Shown piece after piece: positions 26,771 to 36,299 of a stretch of DNA of 64,000 bases; within the stretch, counting starts at the first letter, position 1; each line of letters begins with the position of its first letter. A program made the translations under genes and the position numbers. The notes under the pieces are model-generated. The model worked only from the letters and a program-made list of their open reading frames with translations. It was not told where the DNA came from and did no database searches. Source of the stretch: Vicinamibacterales bacterium (GTDB lineage: Bacteria > Acidobacteriota > Vicinamibacteria > Vicinamibacterales > UBA8438); the NCBI GenBank assembly GCA_963663815.1, contig OY760734.1, one strand, 5' to 3'.

Positions 26771-29700
26771 TCAGGTCGCGGTTGCGGCGGTCTTCCGGGG
26801 CGGTCTCTTCTGGATCTCGTCGAGGAGTTCTTCGAGCCGGTCGCGCTCACCGTTCCGGAGTCGGCGGTTCTGCTTCGGAGGTCTCTCCGCGACCAGGGTC
26901 TTCAGCTTGAGCAGCCATTCGAGGTCGGCCCGGATCTCTCCTTCCGCGAGTTCGACGGCCCGCTCCCACGCGCCGGCGTTCCGGAGCACCCGCAGCACGT
27001 CCTTGGGCCTGTTGGCGTGTTCGTAGGCCTCGGCCGCCTCCCACGGGCGTTCCTGGGCCTCCCGGAGGCGGCCGAGCCGTACGGGGTCGGGCCGGATCTT
27101 GTCCAGCAGGGACTCGGCGTCTCTCAGTCGCGACCGCCGCTCGGCGGCGGGTTCGTCGTGGCCGCCGCTCGAGAGAACGGTGTCGAACGCCCTGGCGGTC
27201 AGGGCTTTGGCCCGCGCCTGAACGTCTCCGGCGTAGCCGGTGATCTGGAGCCACGTCTCGACGAGGCCGGGATCGGGTCTGGCGAACAGCAGCGCCGCGT
27301 CGGGGTCGGCGCTCCCGGCCGTCAGCCCGTCCCTGAGGGTCTGAGCGGCTGAGAGCAGCGCCGGCTGCAGCCAGCTGTCGCCGTCGGTCTGGAGCGTCCT
27401 CAGTCGCCGGACGGCTTCGAGCAGGGCGAACGGCGGGACTTCGTCCCGGTTCGCGGTCCAGTAATCGAGTTCCTCGAGTGCCTGGATGTGATGCCTCCGG
27501 AACATGCGGGTGAGCGGCTGCGGATGTTCCCCTTCCCGCGGTTCGGGCCCTTCTCCGGGCTCCAGTCCGCTCAGCGTCGGTTGGTGTGGGCGTTCGTCCT
27601 GCTTCTCGCCGGTTCGGCTTGGGGTGAGCGGGCTCGGTTCGAGCCCCGCGATGGCCTGGTAGCCCATGTGCGTGATCTCGTTTCGTTGGACGCCTTCCGG
27701 AACTCCGTCCACCATGAGGCGTGCTGCCGTCTCGAGCAGCGCACGGCGGGCGTCGTCTCGAACCGCCTGATCGGCCACGCCGTTCGGCAGGCCCTTGTCG
27801 CCGAGCAGGCGTACCGCCTGGCAGACTCTCTGCCATGCCCGGTGCGGCGCGGCGTCAATCAGTCCCCGCGCGTCGCTCGTCCGGGCGAGCACGCGCTCTT
27901 CGGGGGATGCGTCGGCGTGCGACAGGTGGTCGAGCAGGTCGTCGGGGCTGTACGGCGCCGGGTCTCCGAGCAGTGACCGGCTGAGGTGCAGGTCGGCCTC
28001 GCCTCCCATGACGTCGATGAACACCAGCGTCTCCGTCGCGCGGCTCAGCGTCACCCGCAGGTGGTCGATGGCCGTACGGGTGGCGGGCTGATCGAGCTCG
28101 GCGCCCACCCCGTACGCCCGGTTCCCGGGCGAGAGACTCGAGAGCACGGGGCCCGGGTCGAGCACGCACACCGACTGGTACTCCAGGCCCTTGGCCTCCG
28201 CCGGCGTGAGCACCATCGGTCGGAGTTCCGTGGGCACCCACGGGGGAGCGTCGTCCCTCGGGGAGAGGACTGCGAGGTCATCGGTCTCGTCGAGCCCCTC
28301 AAGAAGCCGTACCGCGTCGGCGGCCTCGGGCACGTGGACGTGGATCAGTTGCGCGTCGACATGCTCGGCGCTCTTCTGTCGGCGCTGCTTGGTCGGGCGG
28401 GCCTCCTTCTCGACGACGGTGTAGTGGTCGGACGCCCGCTCCACGACCTCGGCGATGCGGCTCGGGCAACGGAGGTGTTCTTCGAGGTGGAACTCCGCCG
28501 GTCGCCGCATGTGCCTGCTCAGCAGGTCGTTCAACGGCGCCCATTCGAAGCTCGTGGGTCTCACGGTCTGTCCGGCGTCGCCCGCCATCAACAGCCAGGG
28601 GAAGCAGCCGCGGGCTCGTCCGATCGCCCGGCACAGCTCGACGACGACCGCGGTCTCGAGAAGCGTGAGGTCCTGGACCTCGTCGACCACGACGCGGTCG
28701 AAGCTCTCGAATCCCTCCGGGATCCGGTCCTGGCGCAGGCGTTCAACGGCCTCGGTGGCGGCGGCGAGCTCCGGGAAGATGTCCGTCAGCCGGTCCCGGT
28801 CCCGCAGGAGTGGCGGAGTCACTCTCAGGAGAGCCTTGGCCGCCTTCTCGCCCACGCCTTCGTAATCGCCCCGCAGCTCGGCGTACGCGTCGTCGTGGAG
28901 GCGGGCAATGGCGCCGTTGCCTGCGGCTCGTGTGCTGCCGGGCGCGGCCCGGCCGAAGAAGTAGCCGCGCAGCTCGGCGTGGAACGCGTGCGGGCGCCTC
29001 GCCCACGGGCCGGCGTCCCGCGCGAGTCTCGTCAGCGCGTCCCGGAACTTCTTCCGGCTCTCGCCGAGCGTCTGCCTCGGCACGTCGGCCCGCCGGAGCT
29101 CGCCCAGAAAGGTAGTGAAGTCCCGGGCGACGATGTCGACCCCGACGGGAGCGAAGGACCTGAACCGTTCCTCGGCGTGACGCGTGAGCGCGATGGACCA
29201 CGTGAGGTACAGCACCCGCTCGTCGGTCCGGGCCTCGACCGCCTTCCAGAGGACCGTGGTCTTGCCGGACCCCGGGCGTCCGATGATCACGCGGACCGGC
29301 GTCTGGTCGTCGACGAAGTCGATCTGCTCCCTCGTCCAGGGGGAACCGGCGATGTCCTCGATCAGTTCGTCCGATGTCGCCAAGTGCAGATAGTCGCCGA
29401 GGGGGCCGGTCGCCAGCGGGGAGTGGTCGTCGTGATGTCTCACGTCCCGAACGACGATGGCGTTCTCCGGCAGGTCGAGGCCCTGGGCGCGCGGGGTCGC
29501 GGCCGGCGTCCACCACAGGTAGTACTGCATGCCGTTGTTCCCGCCCAGCGGGGACCGGCGCCAGCCCTTGTTCTCGTTCGCGCAGCCCTTGACGACTGTC
29601 GACCGGCCGTGGGCGGCGAGGTGCTGGAGCACGATGCCCAGCCGCTTGTAGAGGTGGGTCCAGCCCCTCAGCCGTTCCGAGATGTCCGGGTGCACCCTGA

Positions 29701-30064
29701 GCGGGTGGCGCATCTTGGGATACGTCAGGTCGACTCGGTTGGCGGGGGAATCCTTGCGGAACACCATCCGCCCGTCGTGGTTGGGCGGTCGGGCTCGGGG
29801 TGTCCGGCCGGACGCCGGCGCCGCCGGTCCGTCGAGCGTCGTGCCGATGGCCTCTGTCGCCGCCCGCAGTATCGTGCCGGTCAACTGCTCGCACTGCTCG
29901 ATGGAGAGCATGAGCTTGCGGTCCCGGGCCCTCTTGCGGTCGATCTTCAGTACGCCTTCCGCCAGCTTCGAGACTTCGCCGAAGTCGAGGTTCAGGATGC
30001 GCGCCAGCTGCTGGAGCGTCTTCGGCGTGCGGATGTCGATCCGTGGAATCCTGTCGTTCCTCAT
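26771..30064 (-). CDS. SF1 (UvrD-like) helicase fused to N-terminal HTH-like and RelE/ParE-like domains and C-terminal TPR-like helices
   Basis: Helicase motifs GRPGSGKT, DEVQD, AGDAGQ, HLRCP, EAKGLEY, VTLSRA. N-terminal KGWRRSPLGG..YYLWW..IVVRDVRHHDD. C-terminal WEAAEAYEHA..AGAWERAVELA. Confidence 0.85.
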   Translation of the reverse strand: MRNDRIPRIDIRTPKTLQQLARILNLDFGEVSKLAEGVLKIDRKRARDRKLMLSIEQCEQLTGTILRAATEAIGTTLDGPAAPASGRTPRARPPNHDGRMVFRKDSPANRVDLTYPKMRHPLRVHPDISERLRGWTHLYKRLGIVLQHLAAHGRSTVVKGCANENKGWRRSPLGGNNGMQYYLWWTPAATPRAQGLDLPENAIVVRDVRHHDDHSPLATGPLGDYLHLATSDELIEDIAGSPWTREQIDFVDDQTPVRVIIGRPGSGKTTVLWKAVEARTDERVLYLTWSIALTRHAEERFRSFAPVGVDIVARDFTTFLGELRRADVPRQTLGESRKKFRDALTRLARDAGPWARRPHAFHAELRGYFFGRAAPGSTRAAGNGAIARLHDDAYAELRGDYEGVGEKAAKALLRVTPPLLRDRDRLTDIFPELAAATEAVERLRQDRIPEGFESFDRVVVDEVQDLTLLETAVVVELCRAIGRARGCFPWLLMAGDAGQTVRPTSFEWAPLNDLLSRHMRRPAEFHLEEHLRCPSRIAEVVERASDHYTVVEKEARPTKQRRQKSAEHVDAQLIHVHVPEAADAVRLLEGLDETDDLAVLSPRDDAPPWVPTELRPMVLTPAEAKGLEYQSVCVLDPGPVLSSLSPGNRAYGVGAELDQPATRTAIDHLRVTLSRATETLVFIDVMGGEADLHLSRSLLGDPAPYSPDDLLDHLSHADASPEERVLARTSDARGLIDAAPHRAWQRVCQAVRLLGDKGLPNGVADQAVRDDARRALLETAARLMVDGVPEGVQRNEITHMGYQAIAGLEPSPLTPSRTGEKQDERPHQPTLSGLEPGEGPEPREGEHPQPLTRMFRRHHIQALEELDYWTANRDEVPPFALLEAVRRLRTLQTDGDSWLQPALLSAAQTLRDGLTAGSADPDAALLFARPDPGLVETWLQITGYAGDVQARAKALTARAFDTVLSSGGHDEPAAERRSRLRDAESLLDKIRPDPVRLGRLREAQERPWEAAEAYEHANRPKDVLRVLRNAGAWERAVELAEGEIRADLEWLLKLKTLVAERPPKQNRRLRNGERDRLEELLDEIQKRPPRKTAATAT

Positions 30065-30368
30065 GTCGGGCCGGTTCTTTCCGTGATGCCGGCTTCGGCA
30101 TCCCCCGAGATGTGGACGTGGCCCACGCCCGTCGGGTGCCTGTTCAGGCTGGGGCGACGACCCGCCAGAGTACCACGCCTACCGGCCGGGGGCGCTTGCG
30201 TGGAGCCTGCGTGTCGACTCGCCGGGCTTCACCCTGGCGGCTCTGGAGATCTTGTGGCAGCCCCGCTCTTCGAGCTGCCCGATTCGGTCCGGCAGGCCCA
30301 TCGCGCGGACGCGGGCGAACGACGCGGTTCGCCTGGCGGCGGGGTGGTTGCTCCGGCCGCACGGGGGG

Positions 30369-30671
30369 TCAGTGCACGGCGGTTGCGGTGGGCCAGTACT
30401 CGACGTTGAGTCGGTGCACCTCCGCCTCGACGTCGAGGTCGTGATGAGGCGCGTTCGGGTCGAAGGGCGGCGGCGTGATCACGATGAGCCCGAAGGCGGT
30501 CCCGGCGGGCGGCGGGATCGGCCGGCTGTCGATGTGGTGCGACAGTGCGAGCCGGGCGGCGATGTCGACGTTCGGGGCGTCGACCTGGATGGCGGGCAGG
30601 TGGTCGAGAGGGACGGCGGCTTCGCGCGGCCGGGTCTCGGTCTCGATGACGACTCGGTAGGTGGTCGGCAT
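30369..30671 (-). CDS. Hypothetical protein
   Basis: Plausible start and composition. Co-oriented between tolC-like gene and the helicase. Confidence 0.35.
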   Translation of the reverse strand: MPTTYRVVIETETRPREAAVPLDHLPAIQVDAPNVDIAARLALSHHIDSRPIPPPAGTAFGLIVITPPPFDPNAPHHDLDVEAEVHRLNVEYWPTATAVH

Positions 30672-30704
30672 GTTGGCTGTCCCGTGGAGCCCGGCGGTGG
30701 TCAG

Positions 30705-32342
30705 CTAGCGAATCACCCCGCCGAGAGGAATCTCCTGGACCGCATCGAAGTCCACCAGCGAGCGGACGTAGTCGAGAATGACGCTTTGCTCCTGGTTGCG
30801 CGCCGTCGCCAGATCGCGTTGCGCCTGGAACACCAGGAAGTTCGTCGCCAAGCCCACCTCGAACTTGCGCTGCTCGGCTTCGAGGCGGCGCTCCGCAAGT
30901 TCGCGCGCAACCCGCGTGGCCTCCACGCGCTGGAGGTTGGTGCGCACGCTCCGGGCCGCGTCCCTGACCTCTGCGGCGATCTGCAGCTCGAGGCTCCGGC
31001 GCCTCGCCTGGCTCCGTGACCGCTCGAGCCGGGAGCGCTCGAGGGCGGCGTCGGCCGCGCTCGTGCCGAGGGGGTAGGAGACGGTCACCCCCACTGTCCA
31101 GCTGGGGAACTCGTTCGCGAAGATCTCTCCGAGGACGCCGCCGAAAGACTTCTGCTGCCGGCCTACTACCGTACCCGGGAACCCGCCGGTCCGGAGCAAC
31201 TGGTCACCGCCCGCCCCCTCCAGGCCGTAGTTGACCTGCAGGCTCACGTCAGGCAACTGCTGGTTGCGATGGTATCGGATATTGGTGTCGGTCACCTCCA
31301 GGTCGTTATCCAGGGTGTCGAGGTCGGTCCGGTCGAGAAGCGCGTTTCGGACGGCGGCGTCGACATCGATGTCGCGAGCCTGCAGCGTCGGGCTGTCGCT
31401 GGGCTGGAGGCTGATGGACCAGTAGTCGTGGGTGTCCGCCGGGTCGAGTACCAGCGTGCGCAGCCGGTCCTCGGCGCGCTCGACGTCCGCCTCGGCCCGG
31501 ATCACCGCCTCAATGTTCCTCGCGACCTCGTTCTCCGCCTCGACGATGTCGATCGCGGCCATGGTGCCGACCTCGACCCGGGTGCGGTTGTTGCGCAGCG
31601 ACTCCTCGGCGAGGGCGAGCGACTGGCGCTGCACCTCGAGGAACGACCGGGCGAACACGAGCTGCCAGTAGGCGTTGCGGACGTTGCGTTCCGTCGAGAC
31701 GATGGCGTGCCGGAGGTCGATTTCGGAGAGGTCCCGGTTCGCGCGGGTCACCGCAATATGCTGGCGGAAGCCGTCGACCCCGAAGTCGCGGACCAGCGGC
31801 TGGGTGTAGTTCAGGCTCAGGTTCGACTGCAGGTAGGGGTTGTACTGGTTGAAGATGTTGGTGCTGGTTGAGCGCCCGCCGATCCACTGCGCCGAGTACT
31901 GGCCGCCCTTCCACGGCAACGGCTGCACGATGTCCACGCTGTCCCGCAGGAAGCGGTCGGTCACCACGTCGCCGCCATCGAAGATGCTGCCGGCGGGGCG
32001 GTCCCGCTCGTTGCCGATGAGCGTCGTCGACAGGGTGGGGGCGTACACGGACCGCGCCTCGGCGACGGCCGTGTCCTGAATCAGCGGATTGATGCGCTCG
32101 ACCCGCAGGTCGAGGTTCTGCTCGAGGGCGAGGGTCACCGCCTCGTCGACCGTCAGGCGGCGCACCGGGCGGGACGGCGGGGCCACCTGAGGCCGAGGCA
32201 GTATGACGCCTCCGGCCGATGCGGCGGCCCGGGCTGGAGCGGCGGGAAGCCCCACCCCCGGTTGGGCACGGCCCGAAGCCGGGTGCGCGCCTGTCAGCGC
32301 GAGAGCTATGAGCATTCTAGCGACCAGTCGTCTGCTGTACAT
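30705..32342 (-). CDS. TolC-family outer membrane efflux protein
   Basis: LTVDEAVTLALEQN, VRNAYWQL, RVEVGTMAAIDIVEAE, AEQRKFEVGLATNFLVFQAQRDL. Confidence 0.92.
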   Translation of the reverse strand: MYSRRLVARMLIALALTGAHPASGRAQPGVGLPAAPARAAASAGGVILPRPQVAPPSRPVRRLTVDEAVTLALEQNLDLRVERINPLIQDTAVAEARSVYAPTLSTTLIGNERDRPAGSIFDGGDVVTDRFLRDSVDIVQPLPWKGGQYSAQWIGGRSTSTNIFNQYNPYLQSNLSLNYTQPLVRDFGVDGFRQHIAVTRANRDLSEIDLRHAIVSTERNVRNAYWQLVFARSFLEVQRQSLALAEESLRNNRTRVEVGTMAAIDIVEAENEVARNIEAVIRAEADVERAEDRLRTLVLDPADTHDYWSISLQPSDSPTLQARDIDVDAAVRNALLDRTDLDTLDNDLEVTDTNIRYHRNQQLPDVSLQVNYGLEGAGGDQLLRTGGFPGTVVGRQQKSFGGVLGEIFANEFPSWTVGVTVSYPLGTSAADAALERSRLERSRSQARRRSLELQIAAEVRDAARSVRTNLQRVEATRVARELAERRLEAEQRKFEVGLATNFLVFQAQRDLATARNQEQSVILDYVRSLVDFDAVQEIPLGGVIR

Positions 32343-32875
32343 CTGCATCTCCTGAGTTTTCGCTTGGCAGAGCCGGACCCGCGCATGGACGAACCTGGGT
32401 GAGTTTCCCAGTAGACACTGAACCGTCGGCGGCACCATCGGTACGCCACGTCCGGCCAAGGTCCGCCCTAGCGGCCACGCGCGCGATCGTGACACGACAG
32501 CCGCACGGCGTCGGCCTGGGTCCGGTGATGGATGTCGTCCCAGGAGCCCGGGTGGCCGCCACGGTCCTCGGCCGGGGACATTTCGGCGGTGGACCGGCGA
32601 AAGCTCGGCCGGGGCCTTGATGTGCAGGCGGTGGCAGGGGTCGTTCACGCAGTCGGGGATGCTGTCGTCGGCGTACCGGCGGCGCCGGCGCACCAGGCGA
32701 CGGCGGCGGGGGCGCTTGCACCGCACATCGTCCCGCTGGCGAGCTCGTGCCGCCGGTTACGCGTCTGGACGCCCCCGTGGTGGTTCGGCTCGTCGCCGCC
32801 CCAACACGCCTCGTCCCCCCCCAGCCGGACCACAATCACGCAAACGACGATCCGCTATTGGAGATAATGTAGGCC

Positions 32876-33217
32876 ATGACCGGCAGTGAGTTGGCGATCG
32901 TCATCAGAGGTAAGCATGAGGACTTGCCGGGCGGCGCGAAAGCCCTGACGCCCCGCAACCCCACCCGAGAACCGAATGGCACCTTCTGGTTCGGTGCCGA
33001 GCTCGTCCCCGACGGCAGGCAAGTCTGGTTCCGGATCACCGAGGAGTCCATCGCCCGGATACCGGCGGAGACGCCAACGGCGCGAGGCCGGCACTTGGTC
33101 GACGCCCTCATCCTCCGGATGACGGCGGAGAAGCGCCCGCTCAGGTGCGGCATCAACCGCTTCGAGGTCCGGGTCTCCGAGACCGGTGAGGCGTGGGTCG
33201 AGCGCCTGCGGTGGTGA
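32876..33217 (+). CDS. Hypothetical protein (paralog of 41835-42230)
   Basis: Two diverged copies keep the reading frame and share FWFGAEL, QVWFRI, RG..LVDALI and GINRF.V, indicating coding constraint. Confidence 0.62.
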   Translation: MTGSELAIVIRGKHEDLPGGAKALTPRNPTREPNGTFWFGAELVPDGRQVWFRITEESIARIPAETPTARGRHLVDALILRMTAEKRPLRCGINRFEVRVSETGEAWVERLRW

Positions 33218-33355
33218 GGATGGACGCCCACGTCCCGGCCCGTACGCTTCGGGGGTCGTCTTCGTGCGGCGTTGGGCGTGGCGGCCGCGGCGGACTTCAG
33301 CTCGTCGTCCGCGCCGCAGTGTCGAGAGCGAATGACGGGTGCTCCAGGAGACAGG

Positions 33356-33712
33356 ATGGACATCGCGAAGTCCGGCGGTCTGCTCCCCGGCATGCTCAAC
33401 CCCTTGGTCCTGAAGGTGATCTCGCTGGACCGCCTGCACGGCTACGGGGTACTGCTCCGCATCCAGCAGATCTTTGGGGGCCCCAAAGTGAAGCAGGGCT
33501 CGCTGTATCCGGCTCTCTACCGGCTCGAGCGTCGGGGGCTCATCGAGTCGGAATGGGGCGAGCGGGAGGACGGGCGCCGCGCCAAGTTCTACCGCCTGAC
33601 GCCGGCCGGGCGGCGTCACCTCGAGGAAGCCACTGCGGCCTGGGAGCGGTTCGCCGCGGCAATGGCTGCGGCTCTCCGCGCCACCCCCGAGCGAGGCTGT
33701 CAACGGGGTTAG
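33356..33712 (+). CDS. PadR family transcriptional regulator (acidobacterial type)
   Basis: LHGYGV..RIQQ, QGSLYPALYRLE..GLIESEWG..E.GRRAKFYRLTPAGR..L. Confidence 0.92.
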   Translation: MDIAKSGGLLPGMLNPLVLKVISLDRLHGYGVLLRIQQIFGGPKVKQGSLYPALYRLERRGLIESEWGEREDGRRAKFYRLTPAGRRHLEEATAAWERFAAAMAAALRATPERGCQRG

Positions 33713-33838
33713 CGCCCCTGCCAAGGGAAAACGCGAGACCCTGGCCCTTGCTCAAGGCGATCACGCCCCGGCACCATGCCGGGGCGTGTCACGGTACGGC
33801 GTCAGCGAAATCCCGCGGCTCGGCCGGTCCGGCCGCAG

Positions 33839-33874
33839 GACGCGCGGCGCCGCGTCGACGCGCGGCGCCGCGTC
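33839..33874. repeat. Tandem 18-bp quasi-palindromic repeat
   Basis: GACGCGCGGCGCCGCGTC occurs twice, between convergent genes. Possible terminator-like hairpin. Confidence 0.6.
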
Positions 33875-33884
33875 TCGGCAACGG

Positions 33885-34586
33885 TCAGCGGCTCTCCTCC
33901 TCGAAGCTGCGCAGGTAACGGGACACGGTGATCCGCGCGCAGCCGATCGCCTTCGCGATGCGCCCGAAGCCGAAGCCTTGGGCGCGAAGCTCGACCATGC
34001 GGGCGACGGCCTCGGCCGACATCGGCGGGCGCAGGAACCCGCGCCTGACCGTCACGCGGCCGCGCCGGCGCAGGACCTTCCGGTCGGCGAGGGCCGGCAT
34101 CGAGCGCTCGTCGTCGTCGACGTCGGGCGCGTGCTTCGCCAGCTCGTGCCAGTCGACGGCCGCGCGCGCCGGACCGCCGTCGACGGGCTCGGGGTCCGGC
34201 ATCTGGTCGAGGAGGCCGTCGCCGCCGCGCCACGCGACCTCGAACTCCTGCTCGGGGCTCGCGGCCGACTCGCGGACGACCGTCGTCAGCGGCTCGACCC
34301 GGTGGTAGACGACCGACAGCCCCGTCGTGTGGCCGGCGCCGGTGCGATACGACACGTCGGCGAGAGCCGAGCTCACGGCCGGACTCGCCAGCGCCGCGGC
34401 CAGCGCGGAGCCCTGCAGGCGCAGCTTCGCCGTGACCCGCAGGGCGCGGATCGTCGAGCCGGCGCCGTCGATCGAGCGGACGACGATCTCGGAGCCGACC
34501 CGGAGCGGCCGGCCCTCCCGGAACGGATTCCCGCCGCCGTCGCGGAACCGGTCCCTCCTCGAGTTGCGGACGCGAGTGCTGGCCAT
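33885..34586 (-). CDS. Hypothetical protein with C-terminal HTH
   Basis: GGAGGAG RBS, C-terminal RMVELRAQGFGFGRIAKAIGCARITVSRYL. Homologous remnant at ~61780-62060. Confidence 0.65.
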   Translation of the reverse strand: MASTRVRNSRRDRFRDGGGNPFREGRPLRVGSEIVVRSIDGAGSTIRALRVTAKLRLQGSALAAALASPAVSSALADVSYRTGAGHTTGLSVVYHRVEPLTTVVRESAASPEQEFEVAWRGGDGLLDQMPDPEPVDGGPARAAVDWHELAKHAPDVDDDERSMPALADRKVLRRRGRVTVRRGFLRPPMSAEAVARMVELRAQGFGFGRIAKAIGCARITVSRYLRSFEEESR

Positions 34587-34843
34587 GTTGACTCCTCCTG
34601 CGGCGAGTCGCGTCCGGCCTCATGCCGACCCGCGCTCGTGCGCACACGTCGCGCCGCAGGACCCCTGCCCGCGATTCCGGGGTCAGGGAGCCTCGAAGAG
34701 GACCGCTGCCCGGGGTGTCTAATCGACCGGCCGATGCTTTTCGGCGCCGGCGTTCAGGCCGGCCGGCCCGGGAGAGCGGTCCCTCGTCGGACACGGCGGT
34801 GGTGGTGGGGAGGGCGGTGTTGGTGGTGGGGAGGAGCCGGCCT

Positions 34844-34864
34844 GCGGCGAAGCCGCGTTTTTTT
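34844..34864 (+). terminator. Intrinsic terminator-like hairpin
   Basis: GCGGC-GAA-GCCGC followed by G and a T7 run. Confidence 0.45.
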
Positions 34865-35165
34865 GCCGGCGCCGTCAAGGTGAACGAGCGGAGATTCGAC
34901 GGCCCGGGCGTTCAGCGGCGGCGATCGCTCTTCGTTCAGCCGTCCTTGACGCCGGAATCTGCGAGAGGCGCACCCGTTTGGCCGGCCCGCTCTTCAGGCC
35001 GGCCGGGTGCGCCGTCGCAAGGGCAGGGGTTCGCCGCCCATCCCGTGGCCGTCGCCCTTCACGGCCACGGGATGGAGGCCGGACCGCAGTTCCAGGTCCG
35101 GCCGTGGGCGGCGTCCGCCCCGCCGGCGGAGCCGGCGTTCGGAGCGGGTTGGTCTTCAACCCGCT
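34844..35165. promoter_or_regulatory. Dense cluster of strong hairpins (candidate ssDNA promoter/sso/oriT or structured RNA)
   Basis: At least seven inverted repeats, including a perfect 15-bp stem at 35038-35075 and a GTCAAGG/CCTTGAC-closed stem at 34874-34950. Confidence 0.5.
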
Positions 35166-35294
35166 GCGGGGGCGGATGGGACGACTGTGCGTGCAAGCCA
35201 ACCTCTCGACTTGGCACGGCGTGAGCAGGGGGAGGACGGGGCGGCACGCCCCCGAAGCGGCGGGCCGGCCGACCCGCACGCGGGTCGCGGCGGA

Positions 35295-35360
35295 CGGATC
35301 GGCTACAGCGCGGCCCGAGTCGCTCGCGTCGTCTGGAAGCTCGACCGCCTCGGCCGGAAC
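35295..35360 (+). pseudogene. Serine resolvase remnant (internally deleted)
   Basis: RIGY..ARV joined directly to VVWKLDRLGR. Confidence 0.6.
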
Positions 35361-35711
35361 CCGTCCATCCAGTCAACACCGTGCTGTCGGCCCGCGGGGT
35401 GGCCTGCGCGCAGCGGTTCGAGGAACGCGGTAGGCGAGACGGTGGCGACCTCGGTCGAGGCGATGCCGTGAGCGGTGTTGTTGGTGTGGCAGATGACGCG
35501 GCTCCAGGCCCGGGGCAGCGGCCAGGCGTAGGAACGGGGCAGCGACGTGAGGTGCGCCACGGCGGCCTGGTCAAGGAGGAGGCTGGTGTCGATGGTCGCC
35601 TCGGGATCGCGCCCAAGGGCCGTCCTTGAGGCAATGGCCGCAGTCTCCCTCCTTCCGCGGAGCGGACAAGTCCAGCCTGAGCGACCCCGCGGTGCTGACC
35701 CGGAAGTGGCA

Positions 35712-35865
35712 CCCTGGTGTCACGTTCCGGGTCGGAAACGAGTAGTACGTAGCGGGGTCGCTCAGGTGTTGAGTGTCATCCTCATGCTGACCCAATCGGT
35801 ATCGCTTACCAAGAAGAAGCCTATTTATGTCAGAGGTTTAGGCTCGGTTACACTTGACACCAGGG
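35712..35865. other. AT-richer segment bounded by an 11-bp inverted repeat; att-like
   Basis: CCCTGGTGTCA (35712-35722) and TGACACCAGGG (35855-35865) with internal TGTCA motifs, just upstream of an integrase remnant. Confidence 0.35.
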
Positions 35866-35939
35866 CCGGCGCTGCCGTGACATTTGGGACAGGTCGATGA
35901 ATGTCACCGCTCGGGTCATTGTTGGTGGCACTATCTAAG

Positions 35940-36270
35940 CGTGGCTGGACGGCAGCAACACCGCGAAGCAGTGGTGGGCCAGCATGCGCGACCACGTGTT
36001 CCCTCACATCGGCGGCAAGACCGTCGACGAGGTCACAACAGCCGACAGCTGCTGCCGATCTGGACCAGCAAGCACGTCACGGCGCGGAAGGTGAGACAGC
36101 GCATCGGCGTCGCCATGCGGTGGGCCATCGCGCAGGGCTGCCGGCAGGGACAACCTGGCCGGCGACGCGATCACGGCGGCTCTGCCGAAACGCTCTACGC
36201 CGGTGGAGCACCGGGCGGCGCTTCCCCACCGGGAGGTCGCCGCCGCCGTCGCCGCGGTCGTTCACTGGCC
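35940..36270 (+). pseudogene. P4-like tyrosine integrase, middle-region remnant
   Basis: AKQWWASMRDHVFPHIG..VDEVT, LLPIWTSK..TARKVRQRIGVAMRWAIAQG, AGDAITAALPK, HRAALPHREV, with frameshifts. Confidence 0.78.
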
Positions 36271-36299
36271 CTTCAGAGCGGCCTGCGGGCCAGCGTCCG

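Noticed and set aside
27986-30409. 807-aa plus-strand ORF
   Set aside because: Antisense to the helicase, with no independent motifs.
35400-35640. PIN-domain or transposase fragment on the minus strand
   Set aside because: Only a vague IDTS-like start, with no further conserved acidic residues identifiable.
35810-35840. dif/XerCD site (TTATGTCAGAG resembles a XerD arm)
   Set aside because: The left arm does not resemble a XerC site, so the match is too weak.
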